This document shows, one piece after another, positions 27,613 to 42,097 of a stretch of DNA of 64,000 bases. Source of the stretch: the human T2T-CHM13v2.0 reference genome, Homo sapiens. Location: the NCBI RefSeq assembly GCF_009914755.1, contig NC_060928.1. One strand, given 5' to 3'. Made by a program: the position numbers and the translations under genes. Under the pieces are notes generated by a model. That model saw only the letters and a list, made by a program, of their open reading frames with translations. It made no database searches and was not told where the DNA came from. The number at the start of each line of letters is the position of its first letter. The first letter of the stretch is position 1.

Positions 27613-28982
27613 AGATGTCAATTTATAAACAATATACAGGACAGATGATAAAACAGCACAAAGAGTGTTGCTGATTGGTAATATTTTGCCGTTAACGTTG
27701 TGATTAGAAAAAAATACATAATTAGGAGGTGCAATATGGCATTTTGGTATTATTATGATAGTGGTGGCAGGTAACAGATATCACCAAATTCTGCCCTGCC
27801 ATTCAATTCTATTATTTACAGGATTCCTAAGTGCACTGTACACACTACAAATGTTATCAGAAAGGAGTTATACTTTATGAGTTACTTCACTAGCACAATA
27901 AGTAGGTATCGAAAAAAAAATTGAAATGTATCATGGAGTTTAGGCTTTCCATGTAATCTGGGGCTCTTTACTTACCCTAATTTTGAAATAGGTCTATTCA
28001 GTGTATTTTTCAGAGGGCTATTTAGAAAAAAGGAAGCCCAAACTCACCCACCCTCAGTCTAGGTACCCACTTAGCCATGTAGATTTAGAGAAATAGAAAA
28101 ACCAAACTGCCTTGGTGGACTGGATTTGGCCAATATCTGATAGGAAGATGTAATATAAAGAAGGGGGATCAAATCCTGCCCTTAAGGTAGACAGAATCTG
28201 TCAAGGCTTTAGAGTGTACCATCAAAGAGTTAACAGCCAACAGAACAAAATTTAGCATCATCACAATTTTGGAAGTTTTTCAACAGCCCTATGATTTATA
28301 AACTGTCAATCACTATTTTTACATATAAATCATTTCCAGTGGTAGTAAATGTGCTAATATTCTCGATATATGTGAAAAATATCACTTAAAATTTTTTCTT
28401 GGAAGAAGCACTTAATAATTTGTAAATCAGAAACAAATTATATGTACTTTCTAAGTAGATTAGTGTATTTCTCATACATAGATGATGGCATAGATTTGCT
28501 TTTTTAGTAAATTGTCAGATATCAGACTCTAACTTATGGAACAAATGAATATAAGTAAACTCACTCCCATTTGATTGTTTTGTAAATGAAAAATGTAATA
28601 TTAAATTTGTGAGATGAATGTGTATGTAGTAAATACATTAATAAAAATGTGTAGATCATTAGTAATTTTTTAATCTTCTTTATACTAGAATTATGTCTGC
28701 CTAACAATTACTTAAATATTTGAACTTTTAATTTATTATCACAATTTTCTAAGTCACTATGTATGAAACATCATGATTGTATTTAACTTGACAATATAAA
28801 AATTAGTCAAGAAAATATAGTTGTTCCATTTACTTCAGTCTTCTAATAGTTCTCATTACTTAACTTGTCCTCATTTCCTTATTAGCCATAGGGAAGGCAT
28901 TTGACTAGGTGATCTCAATGTTTTTAGAATTCTAACAGATATGCTATCATTTCAATTTCACTCATAGAACAAGGTACATACT

Positions 28983-29195
28983 TTTTTAAAACTTTTAAGT
29001 TCAGGCGTACATGTTCCGGTTTGTTGCATATGTAAACTTGTGTCATGGGGGTTTGTTTTACAGATTATTTCATCACACAGGTGTTAAGCCTAATACCCAT
29101 TAGTGATTTTTTCTTCTCCTCCCTCCACCCTCTAAAAAGCCTCAGTGTGTGTTGTTGCCCTCTATGTGTCCACGTGTTCTCATCATTAGGCTCCC
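28983..29195 (-). mobile_element. Short L1PA 3' end abutting pseudogene exon 4
   Basis: ttttaagttcaggcgtacatg...gtttgttttacagattatttcatcac...gtgtccacgtgttctcatcatt. Confidence 0.8.
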
Positions 29196-29206
29196 TTGTC
29201 TATATA

Positions 29207-32200
29207 GTTCTATGGAAATTTGATGACAGGAAATCAGATACCTTAGTACCAATATTCACCTATATAGTGGGTAGTCCAGAATGACCTTCTCGGTAAGACT
29301 CTGAGGATCAAATATTGAAAACTTTGGTAACAGCATATGAGGATGAAAATGGTTCAACAGAAAACACACTGTTGAAATAATAAGTGATTCACCATTTATT
29401 ATTTAAAAAGTCAAAAATAAAATCTAACTTCTTTACATTTATCTTCCAGTCCTAGGGAAAATATAATAAACTAAAAGAGGTTGACATTTTATTATACATA
29501 GTCACATTCTTTATGGCCAGAAACAAACTATCTTTATTTCAAGTGTAGTTACCTTTCACAAAATTTTTTTTCAATAATTTTCTGGGTTGTCTGTCTCCTA
29601 ATTCAATCATTACACCTACCCTTCCTCCTAATGTATAGATGTTGCAAATGCAACTGAAAAATGACAGCTCATTTTCATGATGATCTCCTGCATTTTCTAT
29701 GGGAGTAAATCCTCGGTCTTTATCATGGAGTGTTGGTAACACATTTCATGATGGAGTGTGGCCTGTCCTTCCTCTATTCAAGCACCATCACCACCCCACT
29801 CCCTGCTGCCTTGGATACTATGCCTTATCATACTCAGTGACTTCACCATTTCTCTAAGAGAACAAGTTCTGGCATGCATCCTGCTTCTTTTGTGGGGGAG
29901 GGTGGTAATGGGAAATGGGTGACACACAACTATCTTTATCCACAGTGTTCTCTATTTGTCCACATGACAATATTGTATTAATTCTTCAAGTCTCAAGACA
30001 CATACCACATCTTAATGTGTAGCCTTCACTTATTGCCCCAGAGGACTTGGTGCATCTTCCTCTGTGATCTGAAACCAATTTTAATGCAGTTTTACTGTTG
30101 CAATAATTTGTTATCTAGAGAACACTGCCTGTTTCATTGCCTCATATTGTGCATTGCTCATTTTATTTCTAAGACTTACAATGCATAATTTTTCAAAAAA
30201 TCATCTATTCTTAGGTCATCCACAAACCAAAGCTTTTATAACTCATGATGGATCCAATGGAATGTATGAGAGAATCTATCATGGAATCCCTAGGGTGGGG
30301 CTTCCTTTATTGCAGATCAACGTGACAACTTTGCTCACATGAAGGCTAAGGGGGAAGCTGTTAGATTGGACTCAAAAACAACATAAATTACAGATTTGCT
30401 CAATGCATTAAAGGCAGTCATTAATGGCCCTACACAAATGTAAATTTTTTAACCTCATAGCATGTGTTCATACTTTCTCACATGAAGGCCAAGGGAGCAG
30501 CAGTGACTCTGAATATGAACACAGTGCTGAGTACATATATTTTTTGTAACACTTAAAGGCCATGATCAATACACCATTGTGTTGCAATGTGTTTTTTTCG
30601 TTTGTTTTAATGGAAACATTTGTCAGAGGTTTTAGGATAGTGCATAAGTTCTAAAATAGCCAAAAAGTAAAATAAGAGGAATTACTAAAGATGGTAACAG
30701 AAGGATTATAAGAAAGATTGAGGTCAAAGTTGAAGCAGAAAACCATAAATATTATTACAGTACTGACTAATTTTCAGCACACTTATGTTGTCTTTCAGAA
30801 TGAGAACTCATCAAATGTTCATTTTTAAACATTTTTTGTCTATATTGAAGGTATACAAAGTGATATTATGGAATACAAATACATATTTAAAAGGTTACCA
30901 TAATAAAACAAATAAACATATTCATGATCTCATATTAGTTATTCATTTCTTTTGTTTTTAAAGCTTTCCTAAGATGATTTATTTTCAGTAATCAGCATGA
31001 CAATCAATCTCTAATTCCCATTATATTTAATGTTCTCCAGATTTTTACACTACATTTTGATCCCATCACTGATAATTTGTAAACAACTAGAGCTTTCAAA
31101 TTTGCCTTCAAAAATTATTGAAAAGAGGAGATATTAGTATAAATGTAGCCATTTATTTGTTCTTACAGTGGTGGTTGATTTGCTTATTTTGAAGAATTAT
31201 AAAATCAAAAAATAATTGACTTGAAAGATATAAGTTGGAATATTTCTGTTTAATAACCAAAATGTATTAAAACAGAAATATGTAGTTTAAAAATTATTTT
31301 AGTGCATACATTAATTTCAGTTATGCTATTACTATTATATTAGTAATAGCAATAATTTTTAATAAGCATAATGCTGGTATTGAAAAATGAAGATAACTTT
31401 TAATTAGTTGATACATATTGAATGTGTATGACACACATTGTCTTGGTTCTTTGTATTATGTAACCCAATTGTATGAAAAAATATATCAGAATTAGTGCCC
31501 TCTTCTGAAAAACACAGTTCTCCAACTGTGTTTTTTTAAATAACAAGGGGAGAAGTTACCTCCATTACTATTGCTACAGTGCCATACTTTAGCACTTTTT
31601 GGTTTTGACTTGGTAAGCGAGATACTTATATGCATCCTTATTCTTTGTCTATTAGTCCATAATTATTTCAAAACTAGAAACAAATGGAACTACAATGCCT
31701 CAAAGTAAAATACTGAAAGCCACTTAGATTCTAAAATCACAATACAAGAAAAATAGTAATAACAGTGAACATTTACTGACAATCACTTTATGACAAGAAT
31801 AATTCTACCAAGTATTCTAAGAATCATTACATTACTACTCACAAAAATCAGGCAAGAAAGATACGATTCTTAGTCATTCAATTTAACAATAAAAAAACTT
31901 GTAACAGATACTTTAAAAAAAAAAAAAAGGACCGGTAGATATCAGGTTAGGATTCAAACTAAGGCCATCCACTTTCATACTTTTAACCATGAATCCATTG
32001 ATGTAATGTTAATACCAACTCTTGGTCAGTGCCAACTTCTTATGAGCTTTGCCCTGACATGTACCTGACCTTGTCAGATTTGTCTGCTATCTCTAGACTT
32101 TGATATTATTTTGAAACTTGTATGCCAGGTCCATTAAATTTTTTTTTCCCTGGATAATTCAATCTCTGTACTCTCAATTGATTTTTTTTAACCCTTTGGA

Positions 32201-32697
32201 CTTATCTAATTTCAATTTCTAGGCTACAAATACTTGTTCTCTCTTAAATTATCTCTTCACATCTTGAAATCTTATGCATGAAACAAATTCTAGCCCATAA
32301 AACAAAATCTCTATAACCACTATGAAATAAAATATTTTATTTTTCATCCACTTTTATGTGGCACTCACTTTTAACATCTACACAAAAATTTCACATATTT
32401 ATCTTTTCTGGTTCATTATATAAGCTGATGTCTATTTGATTTTCCTTTAGCTGTAAAAAAAATGTTATGTAGTTATCAATCATTTATTATGATCAGTCTC
32501 TGAAGCCATTGGACCAAAAACTCTCCTGGATTGAGTTTGTCATGCACCACAATGGAGCCACCTACCAACAGTCTCACCTGGTTCCAGTACTGCTCTATGG
32601 ATGTGCTGGACTGCATGGCAATTGTTACTCTCTTTGTCATAATATGTTGCTTGATTATCAAAAGTTGTTAAGGCAAGAAAGAAAGAAAAGAGAGTAC
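29207..32697 (+). pseudogene. Second UGT2 pseudogene fragment, exons 4-6 only
   Basis: Exon 4 ~29207-29292 (VLWKFDDRKSDTL..QNDLL, donor gtaaga); exon 5 from 30215 ([25 protein letters not shown], frameshifted); extra half exon 5 ~30475-30578; exon 6 from 32451 (ctttag|, WIEFVMHHNGA, ending KKRE). Intron 4 homologous to 1082-1936. Confidence 0.88.
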
Positions 32698-33278
32698 ATC
32701 TTTTTGAGATCTAAGGCAGGCAGGCATGATACAGAAAATCATGCCATTTAATGTCACCACTATGTATCAAGGTATGGAGTAAATTCTTTACTACATTTTT
32801 CAAGACCTGTGCCTTCTTGATTTGTTTGAAATTTTTAATCTTTGTTAAACATTATGTAAGGTACAATTTTAATTTCAGAAAACCTGTAATAATTCAATTT
32901 TAATGCTTATCTACGTATATTTTTTAAACTGAAAATAAAATGAGATTCACTAGAAACTCAGTCTGTTTACTTGAGAAAGGCAGAAAGATTAGCTATACTG
33001 TGCATTTCAAAAAAACCTCTTCTTTTATATATATATTTATATAATATATCATAAATTTATATATTTTATATATTATACTTTTATATATAATAAATATACT
33101 TATATATTGTATTTTTATTGTTTTATTTCAACTTTTATTTCAAGTTCGGAAGCACATGTGCAAAATGTGCACGTTTGTTACCTAGATAAAGAACCCTCTT
33201 CCATATAAACAAATACAATTATATGGAATATATGTGTCCCTGTCAGAAAAAAAAAAAAAGAAAAACAGAGCAAGATCC

Positions 33279-33690
33279 TTGTTAAAAATTGCAAGACAAA
33301 TTTTATTTTGACTACTGAAGTAGGGGACAGACACTACAGTATGAACTGAGCTCAACTCCAACTAAGACAAAGGTAACTGAGACTTTTAAAGAAAATCCAT
33401 TTATGAATAAAAAGGAAATATGAGGAAATAAAAATAAGGAAACCAAAAACAGAGTAGTGGGCTACATGGTAATAGAAAATTACATAAAAATTAAGTGTAA
33501 AATGATTATTAGACAAGGTGAGTTAGACAGGGTAATTTTGCAATTTGGCAGGATCACATTTTATTGAGCAAAGCCTCAGCATGAAGGCTAGGGTCACCTT
33601 CTAGGACAAATCCATGACATAGTGCACATATAAGCTGGACTAAACTTGGCCAACTCTCTTAGCGTGGTGTTTAGGCAAGTTCTTCATGTT
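33279..33690. mobile_element. Probable ERV1 solo LTR (MER67-like)
   Basis: tgttaaaa..gcaagacaaattttattttgactactgaagtagggg..tgaactgagctcaactcc resembles MER4-group LTR ends; weak recall. Confidence 0.35.
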
Positions 33691-36600
33691 AAATAGATGT
33701 TTCCAATTCATATCCTTCATGAAATACAAAATATTTTCTCTTGAAAATTTTCTTTGTTTCAAAACTCTAGATGGTCATAACTGGCTTCCTGTGTAAAACT
33801 ATGCAACCTAGTAAAATCTTTGGTTAGAAAGACTAAAGATGTTTTCCACATGAGGCCTTGAATACACTTGAGTTACTATTTTTGCTTTAGTAATGACCAT
33901 TTGTAATTGGATGGTAATACACAAAAGAAAAGAAGAGGCTAGTTCCCTCTAGTTAGGAATTATAGATATGGTCCAGCAAGTTTAGTCCAGTCCCTCTAGA
34001 TTATAATGTTACATGATTTCTCTCCTGAAATATGATCTCACCTTTCTTGCCCTCACCTTGTCAAGTATGATATTTCCAACCACTTTAATACCTGGAATAC
34101 TGAGGATATACAAACTAGAAATGTATACTATTATTTTAATTATTCTCTCCTCGTAACATATTGAAAACTAAATTGTAGGTGGAATAAAGAGCCAAATACC
34201 ATGTGCAACAGTTTTTAAAATCTATGCTGGAGAAAACATAGTAAATGGCAAAAGCTCTCCAATACCTACATTCAAATATTGTTCATTACAGCCTTTGGAC
34301 TCAGAACAAGGTTTGAAAAGCAAATAACAGAGAAGAAGGGAACAAACTTAAGAGCTGTTCTTCCATCTGACAAGAGATGTGTCTAAAACAGTTGAATGAA
34401 AGAGAGGCATAATGATTATTTCTCACACATGAAATAGATTTTTATAGTACTCTTCTCTATGAGAAAATATTGTAGCAATAATTGATAATAAAATGAATTA
34501 TTATAATTTCTAGAAAAGAGATATACACTAAATATTTTACTTTACTAAACTTTGAACACATAGTCTTGCCACTAGAAAGAAACAAATAGCCAAGTACAAG
34601 AAAAAAAGTGTAACGTATTAGTACTTTTTATAGTAATGTCTTCTTTATAAAAGGGGAAAACTTATAGACAAATATTAGTCTGGGGAAATTATGTAGCTCA
34701 ACATGTACTACACAAACTAAATTTTAGTCTATTTATATTTTTTTATGAAACAACTTCTGAAAATGCATCAAGGACCTTGCCAAAATAGATCTTCTTTGCA
34801 ATTCATAGACCATATAGCTAGATAAAATAATCTTTGTCTATTCATGAGCTATCAAAGAATACTTTCATTTGTTTTAATACTGAGAAATCTTTTCACATAA
34901 AGTACCATGTACACATATAGTTAGGAAAGTATGTGAATATGAAGATTTACTTTATAGAGACTCCTAAAATCACATAGTATATTAAATTCCAAAAATTTCA
35001 ATATTGTGCATGTGTCTGTTTCTTTGAGATTGATTCTACAAGCTTTTAAATATCTCAGCAGTTAACAAAATTTAAACACAGAAACTCTAAGTAGTCACAT
35101 GGAATCACTGAATTGAAATAACATTCTTCATCCTCATGAAAATCTTTTTCTATAAAATTTTGAATATGCTGCTTAAAGACTGGAATATGAAGCACTACAG
35201 AAGTTGGAGACAAAAATGAAATAATTGTGAATTTAATGATGAAAATAACATATGAAGCTGAGTCTATCGATGTCAAGGACAAATGCTTTATGTATAAGTT
35301 TTCTGAATTAATATCTATGCAGAATGCAATGTTTCTTAAAAGATAAAACAAATATGCTAATTAAAAGTTTCCTTCTTATATTCTTGAAGTATATTCTTTA
35401 ATAGTCTTAAATATATTCTTTAACATACAAATTCTTAAAACCCAATAATAATTGTAAAAATTACTGAATAACAGTAAAGAGCAGGGTCTTGGGGGGGTTG
35501 TGTCTTCTGGCATCTACCACCTCACAACCACTCCAGTGTTCTTTATTGATGAAGATTAACATTCAACTAGCTGGCAAAGGAGGAATGTTTACAGGATCCT
35601 GATTCAGTATCATAAAGTTATATTTGCACCCAGGGGACAATAAATTGAAAACTTGTAAAGCATAAAATTTCAATTTTTTCATTTGTTATCATTATAAAAG
35701 TTGTGTTCCTTCAGACACTGAATCTTGGCAAAATTTGGATGAGTAGGAGACATGGCTTTCTTTTGAAAATAACATTTTTGAAAGTGGGGGAATGTAGAGG
35801 TTCTGAGAAAGATGAGCTTAGAGTTGGCCCACTGCGTTCTCCACCTCCCTGGTGGTCACTTCCCTAATGTCCAAATATATAATAAGAATTGACATACTAG
35901 CGGGTTGGATTTTTGATTTCAGTAGTAGCTAGCTCAGACTTGGTTAGAGGGAGTTTTGTGATGCTGAGCCCATGAATACCCTTAGCCTATCACCACTCTA
36001 TTCATACTCCCAACAAATCAACACTGGAGTAGCCAGGTACTTGATGCTTTACCCAAAAATGGATATTAACTTTCACCAATTCAAAGCATATCAAGATGTC
36101 TCATTGAGTTCATTGCAAGTTCCTAATTATTAGTCTGATTAATCACTTTTTGGATTTATGATCCAGTGAGAATTTTGTTCATGTCCTGCACTGATTTTTT
36201 CAAGTTACATTTTTCTATAGATTCTTCTTGGTATAGAGGCTTTATTTAAGGATGAATTTGTTTTTCATAAAAGATCTAGAATCCTGATTCATCATGACAG
36301 TGGCTCAGAGTGATTGGCAAAAAACAAGGTTGATAAAGGTCAGATAAACAAGTAAAAATTAATGAATAATCCTCGGTCAAATAAGGTGAACTTTGCAGTT
36401 GGATTAATCCACCATAATGAGGACATGCAGGTTGCAAGAGTTAAGTCAGAATGAAATACACTTGAGACAAACACATTGAATAGGTCATAAATGCTTGGAC
36501 AAATCATATAATGAGTAGCTAAGACCAAGAAAACAACTAGAAACAAGAGAGCTTTGGAAAAAAACAGGTAATCAGGAAATTTCTAATGTAAGGTGTTAAC

Positions 36601-36870
36601 AAGCAATGCTTTTAGGTTTTAATCTGTTTACTGACAATTTCTAGAGCATTAGATAATTCCTCTTTTGGGCTCTATCAGTCAAGCATTTGGTTTCATTTTA
36701 TTTCATGTAATCAACCTTCATTTCATATATAATTAGGGAGCCCATTTCTGATTTCAGAAATATCTGATTATTTTTGTATTCATCCTTCTCACCTCATCCC
36801 ATTCTTGTTTTATATTAGTGACTCTTCCATCTCTGAACATTTGAATCATACTTATTTAAAAATCTCATTT

Positions 36871-37233
36871 TGTCTAGGCATGGTGTTTCACATCTGTAGT
36901 CCCAACACTTTGGGATGTTGAAATGGGAGGATTGACTCCAGGAGTTTGAGATCAGCCTGGATAACGTAATGAGAGCTCATCACTACCAAAAATTAAAATA
37001 CTAGTTGGGTGTGGTGTCATGCACCTGTGGTCCCAGCCACTTGGGGGACTGAGGTGAGAGAATCACTTGAGCTTCAGAGGTTGAGGCTCAAGTGAGTTGT
37101 GATCATACCACTGCACTCCAGCCTGGACAGCAGAGTGAGAGAGTCACTTGACCTTGGTAGGTTGAGGCTGCAGTGAGCCCTGAACACACCACTGCATTTC
37201 GTTCAGCCTGGACGATGGAATAACACCTTATCT

Positions 37234-37265
<32 letters not shown>
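36871..37265 (+). mobile_element. AluJ with duplicated right-arm 3' segment and (TA)n tail
   Basis: Diverged Alu dimer; segment tcacttga..ggttgaggct..agtgag..accactgca..cagcctggac occurs twice; TSD-like aaaatctcattttg/aaagtctcattctg. Confidence 0.85.
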
Positions 37266-37268
<3 letters not shown>

Positions 37269-37995
37269 TAAAAATCAAAGTCTCATTCTGATTGTTTCCC
37301 CTATTTATGATCCTTGGGTGAAAAATCTTCCAACTGCGTGTCACTGGTTATTTCCTCATATGGTTTTCTTGAGGAAATCTTCAACATGTGTTGATTTCTG
37401 CAACATCCCTCATATTCTCTAATGTAAGAGAATCCCTTCACAATATTTAAAATTGCCTCTGCTGTAGTCTAGGGAGATCTCCAGTTACACACACATTTTA
37501 TTATTATTATTTTTTAACAAATGTCACTGCACTCTGTAAATTTTTGTTCCTTGCTTCAAGGTACTATGTCTCATTTGGTTTCCTCCCAAAAGTCACTTTT
37601 TCATAGTTTTCACAAGCATCTATTCATAGAATTCGTTCCAATTTTAACAACTGGTGGACATTCTTCCTTCATTTTATACTAGGCTGTATATGTCTTTTGA
37701 CATCATTTTTTAATGCATGTATATGTGTCTGGAGCAGAAGTGGGAAAAAGTTGAGTCGCTTATGATCACCTCACTATACTATGTTGTTTAATTTATTTGA
37801 GGCTAGTTTTTAGGACACCTATTTCATATATGAAAATCTTTGAGTAAATATTTTAAAATGCTTAATGAATGTTTCAGTAGTTGTAAAAATATAAATTCAC
37901 ACAAGTTTTAGGATTTTATTGTGTTTTTAATGTCCATATGTAATGAATTTCATAGTTGCTTAGAGGCTTCTGTTGACCAACTCAATAGCTTAAAT

Positions 37996-38580
37996 TTGTG
38001 GAATTTTCAGACATCACTGCAAATACTTTGACATTCTTATTAAACCGTGGTCCCTCCCCTTGAAATGTGGCAAGGCTTGTGGCTTGCTTAGCAAATAAAT
38101 TATACTGAAAGTGACAGCATAATTTTGAAGACTGTGTTAGAAAAGGCAGTACATTATCTCTGTCTCTGTTTGTCTGTCTGTCTGTCTCTGTCTTCTACTT
38201 ATACCTTTTCCTCTCTTTCTCTCTCCTTCTTCCTCTTTCCCTTTTTCTCCCTCTAAACACTTTGGAGCCCAGTGTCACACACAAAGTCCTGATGATAAAG
38301 GACAATTTCAAGGAGAGATGCAAAGAGGAGACTAAAGTCATGATTATTCAGTCTCACAGGAATTTGAGTCTTTTGACATCAATCACCAAGTATGTAAATA
38401 AATGACCTTCAGATGATTACATCCCCAGCCACCATATGAAAGTATCAGCCTGAGAAATACTGTGTATGAACCACCTGACTGAGGCTACCCAACACTCAGG
38501 CTATGGGAGTTGTAATAAAACGCTTGCTGTTTTTCAAAATCCCCACAATTGAGGGTAGTTTGTTATAAAGTGATAAATAA
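37996..38580. mobile_element. MaLR LTR (MLT1-like)
   Basis: aaatactttgaca...tccctccccttgaaa..., terminal gggtagtttgttataaagtgataaataact; similar to 12050-12600. Confidence 0.6.
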
Positions 38581-38594
38581 CTACAAGGATATTT

Positions 38595-41300
38595 CTTTAT
38601 TGTATTATGTTTATTATACTTTAAGTTCTGGGCTACATGTGCAAAATGTGCAGGATTGCTACATAGGTATACATGTACCATTGTGGTTTGCTGCACCCAT
38701 CAACCTGTCACCTATATTAGGTATTTCTCCTAATGCTATTCCGCCCCTAGCCCCCCACCCCATGACAGGCCCCACTGTGTGATGTTCCCCTCCCTGTGTC
38801 CATGTGTTCTCACTGTTCAGCTCCCACTTATGTGTGAGAACATGCGGTGTTAGATTTTCTGTTCTTGTGATAGTTTGCTGAGAATGATGGTTTCCAGCTT
38901 CATCCATGTCCCTGCAAAGGACATGTACTCATCCTTTTTTATGTGTGCATAGTATTCTATGATATATATGTGCCACATTTTCTTTATCCAATCTATCACT
39001 GATGGACATTTGGGTTGGTTCCAAGTCTTTGCTATTGTGAACAGTGCCACAATAAACATATGTGTGCATGTGTCTTTATAATAGAATGATGTATTTTAAT
39101 CATTTGGGTATATGCCCAGCAATGGGAACGCTGAGTCAAATGGTATTTCTAGTTCTAGATCCTTGAAGAATCACTACACTGTCTTCCACAATGGTTGAAC
39201 TAATTTACACTCTCACCAACAGTGTAAAAGCATTCCTATTTCTCCACATCCTCTCCAACATCAGTTGTTTTGTGACTTTTTAATGATCACCATTCTAACT
39301 GGCGTGAGATGGTATTTCATTGTGGTTTTAATTTGCATTGCTCTAATGATGAGTGATAATGAGCTTTTTTTCATATGTTTGTTGGCTATGTAAATGTCTT
39401 CTTTTGAGAAGTGTCTGTTCATATCCTTCACCCACTTTTTGATAGGGTTGTTTGATTTTTTCTGGTAAATTTGTTTAAGTCCTTTGTAGATTCTGGATAT
39501 TAGCCCTTTGTCAGATGGACAGATTAAAAAATTTTTTCCCATTCTGTAGGTTGCCTCTTCACTCTGATGATAGTTTATTTTGCTGTGCAGAAGCTCTTTA
39601 GTTTAATTAGATCCCATTTGTGTATTTTGGCTTTTGTTGCCATTGCTTTTGGTGTTTTAGTCATGAAGTCTTTGCCCATGCCTATGTCCTAAATAGTATT
39701 GCCTAGGTTTTCTTCTAGGATTTTTATGATTTTAGGTCTTATGTGTAAGTCTTTAGTCCATCTTGAGTTAATTTTGTATAAGGTGTAAGGAAGGGTTCCA
39801 GTTCAGTTTTCTGCATGTGGCTAGCCAGTTTTCCCAGCACCATTTATTAAATAGGGAATGCTTTCCTCATTGCTTGTTTTTGTCAGTTTTGTCAAAGATC
39901 AGGTGGTTTTATATGTGTGGTGTTATTTCTGAGGTCTCTGTTCTGTTCCATTGGTCTATATATCTGTTTTGGTACCAGTACCATGCTGTTTTGGTTACTG
40001 TACCCTTGTAGTATGGTTTGAAGTCAGGCAGCATGATACCTCCAGCTTTGGTCTTTTTGCTTAGGTTTGTCTTGGCTCTGCAGGCTCTTTTTTGGTTCCA
40101 TATGAAGTTTAAAGTATTTTTTTTTCCAATTTTGGGAAGAAAGTCAATGATAGCTTGATGGCAATAGCATTGAATTTATAAATTACTTTTGTCAGTATGG
40201 CCATTTTCACGATATTGATTCTTCCTATCCCTGAGCATGGGATGTTTTTCCATTTATTTGTGTCCTGTCTTATTTTCTTAAGCCGTGGTTTGTAGATCTC
40301 CTTGAAGAGGTCATTCACATCCCTTGTAAGTTGTATTCATAGGTATTTTATTCTCTTTGTGTCAATTGGGAATGGGAGTTCACTCATGATTTGGCTCTTT
40401 TTTTTTTTTATTGGTGTATAGAAGTGCTTGTGATTTTTGCACATTGATTTTGTATCCTGAGACTTTGCAGAAGTTGCTTATCAGCTTAAAGAGATTTGGG
40501 GCTGAGACAGTGGGGTTTTTCTTAACATATAATCATGTCATCTGCAGAGACAATTTGACTTCCTCTTTTCCTATTTGAATACTTTTTATTTCTTTATCTT
40601 GCCAGATTTCCCTAGCCAGAACCTCCAATACTATGTTGAATAGAAGTGGTGAGAGAGGGCATCCTTGCCTTGTGCCAATTTTCAAAGGGAATGCTTCCAG
40701 CTTTTGCCCATTCAGTATGATATGGGCTGTGGGTTTGTCATAAGAAGCTCTTATTATTTTGAGATATGTTCCATCAATACCTAGCTTATTGAGAGTTTTT
40801 AGCATGAAGTGATGTTGAATTTTGTCAATGGCCCTTTCTGGATCTATTGAGACAATCATGTTTTTTTTGGTTTGTTTTTTGTTTTTTTTCATTGGTTCTT
40901 TTTATGTCATGGATTCCTTTTTTTGATTTTTGTATGTTGAACCAGTCTTGCATCACAAATATGAAGCTGACTTGATCATGGTGGATAAGCTTTTTGATGT
41001 GCTGCTGGATTTGTTTTGCCAGCATTTTATTTAGGATTTTCAAATCCATCTTCATCAGGCATATTCACCTGAAATTTTCTTTTCTTGTTGTGGTTCTGCC
41101 AGGTTTTGGTATCAGGATGATGCTAGCCTCATAAAATGAGTTGGGGAGGACTCCCTCTTTTTCTATGTTTGGAATAGTTTCAGAAGGAATGGTACCATCT
41201 CCTCTTTGTACCTCTGGTAGAATTCAGCTGTGAATCCATCTGGTCCTGGACTTTTTTTGGTTGGTAGGCTATTAATTACTGCCTCAATTTCAGAACTTGT
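38595..41300 (-). mobile_element. L1PA (about PA7/8-like) 3' 2.7 kb
   Basis: ttattatactttaagttctggg 3' end; minus-strand ORF2 peptides ([50 protein letters not shown]). Confidence 0.95.
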
Positions 41301-41569
41301 TTTTTCTTTCTCCTTTCTTGATGCTTTTAGGGGTTTAATTATGGAATAAGATAAATTCAGTTGACTATCTTTGATTCTAGTCCACTCCTGGGTTTAGAGG
41401 AGCCCCTTCTGATTACTTTCTCCATGACTGTGTGTATTTTGTTAAATGTTCTGGCCATGGGTCTTCCTCAGGTAGGAGCCATAGTTGGCACACAAAACCA
41501 TACCTTTGACCTATCAGCCCTAATCTGCTGTTTTTGTGCTTCCTGAAGTTCAGATGAAAGTGAGAACGC

Positions 41570-42097
41570 TAGGTGGGTTGGAAGCTCTTGCAGATGTGAC
41601 CCATCTGGCTATGGAAGGTGGGGACAAGTGAAGTTATTTGCCATGCTGTTGGTGTGTTACTGGGGCAATAGGAGTCTGCACCGCCTGATGACAAGTGGCA
41701 GTGGTGGGTGGAATGTTACACATCCTGCCATACTTGGGTTTCCTGGGATAACAGGAGGCTGCACACTCTACCTGAACTCACACAAAGCAAGACTACTGGG
41801 CTGGAAGCTCTAGGAGGTATTACCTGCCTGGTTACCAGTGACAGGTTCAGGTGGAGCATGCTCTGCTGTTCAGGTGTTTCCTGGGACAATAGGAAGCTGA
41901 GCCCTCCAGCTGAGTTCACACAAAAAGGAGGCCACTTGGCTGTAAGCTCTAGCAAGCGTTGCCCATCTGGCTAACAGCAGCAGAATGGGTGAGGTTTTGT
42001 GCCATGCCATCAGGGTGTTTCCTGGGACAACAGGAAGCTGCACGCTTCTGCTGCATTCAGACAGAAGTGAGACTGCTGGGCCGGAAGCTCTAGCAAG
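41570..42097. repeat. Degenerate ~140-bp tandem units, probably an L1P 5'-UTR repeat region
   Basis: Recurring gtttcctggga.aacagga.gctg...ctggg/c.ggaagctctag motifs near 41737, 41875, 42015. Confidence 0.6.

Noticed and set aside
38496-41055. Cluster of minus-strand ORFs with RT-like motifs
   Set aside because: Degraded L1 ORF2 of a 5'-truncated element
41570-42097. Repeat-spacer-like periodic array
   Set aside because: Units are degenerate full-length tandem copies without unique spacers; eukaryotic context, consistent with an L1 5'-UTR repeat, not CRISPR
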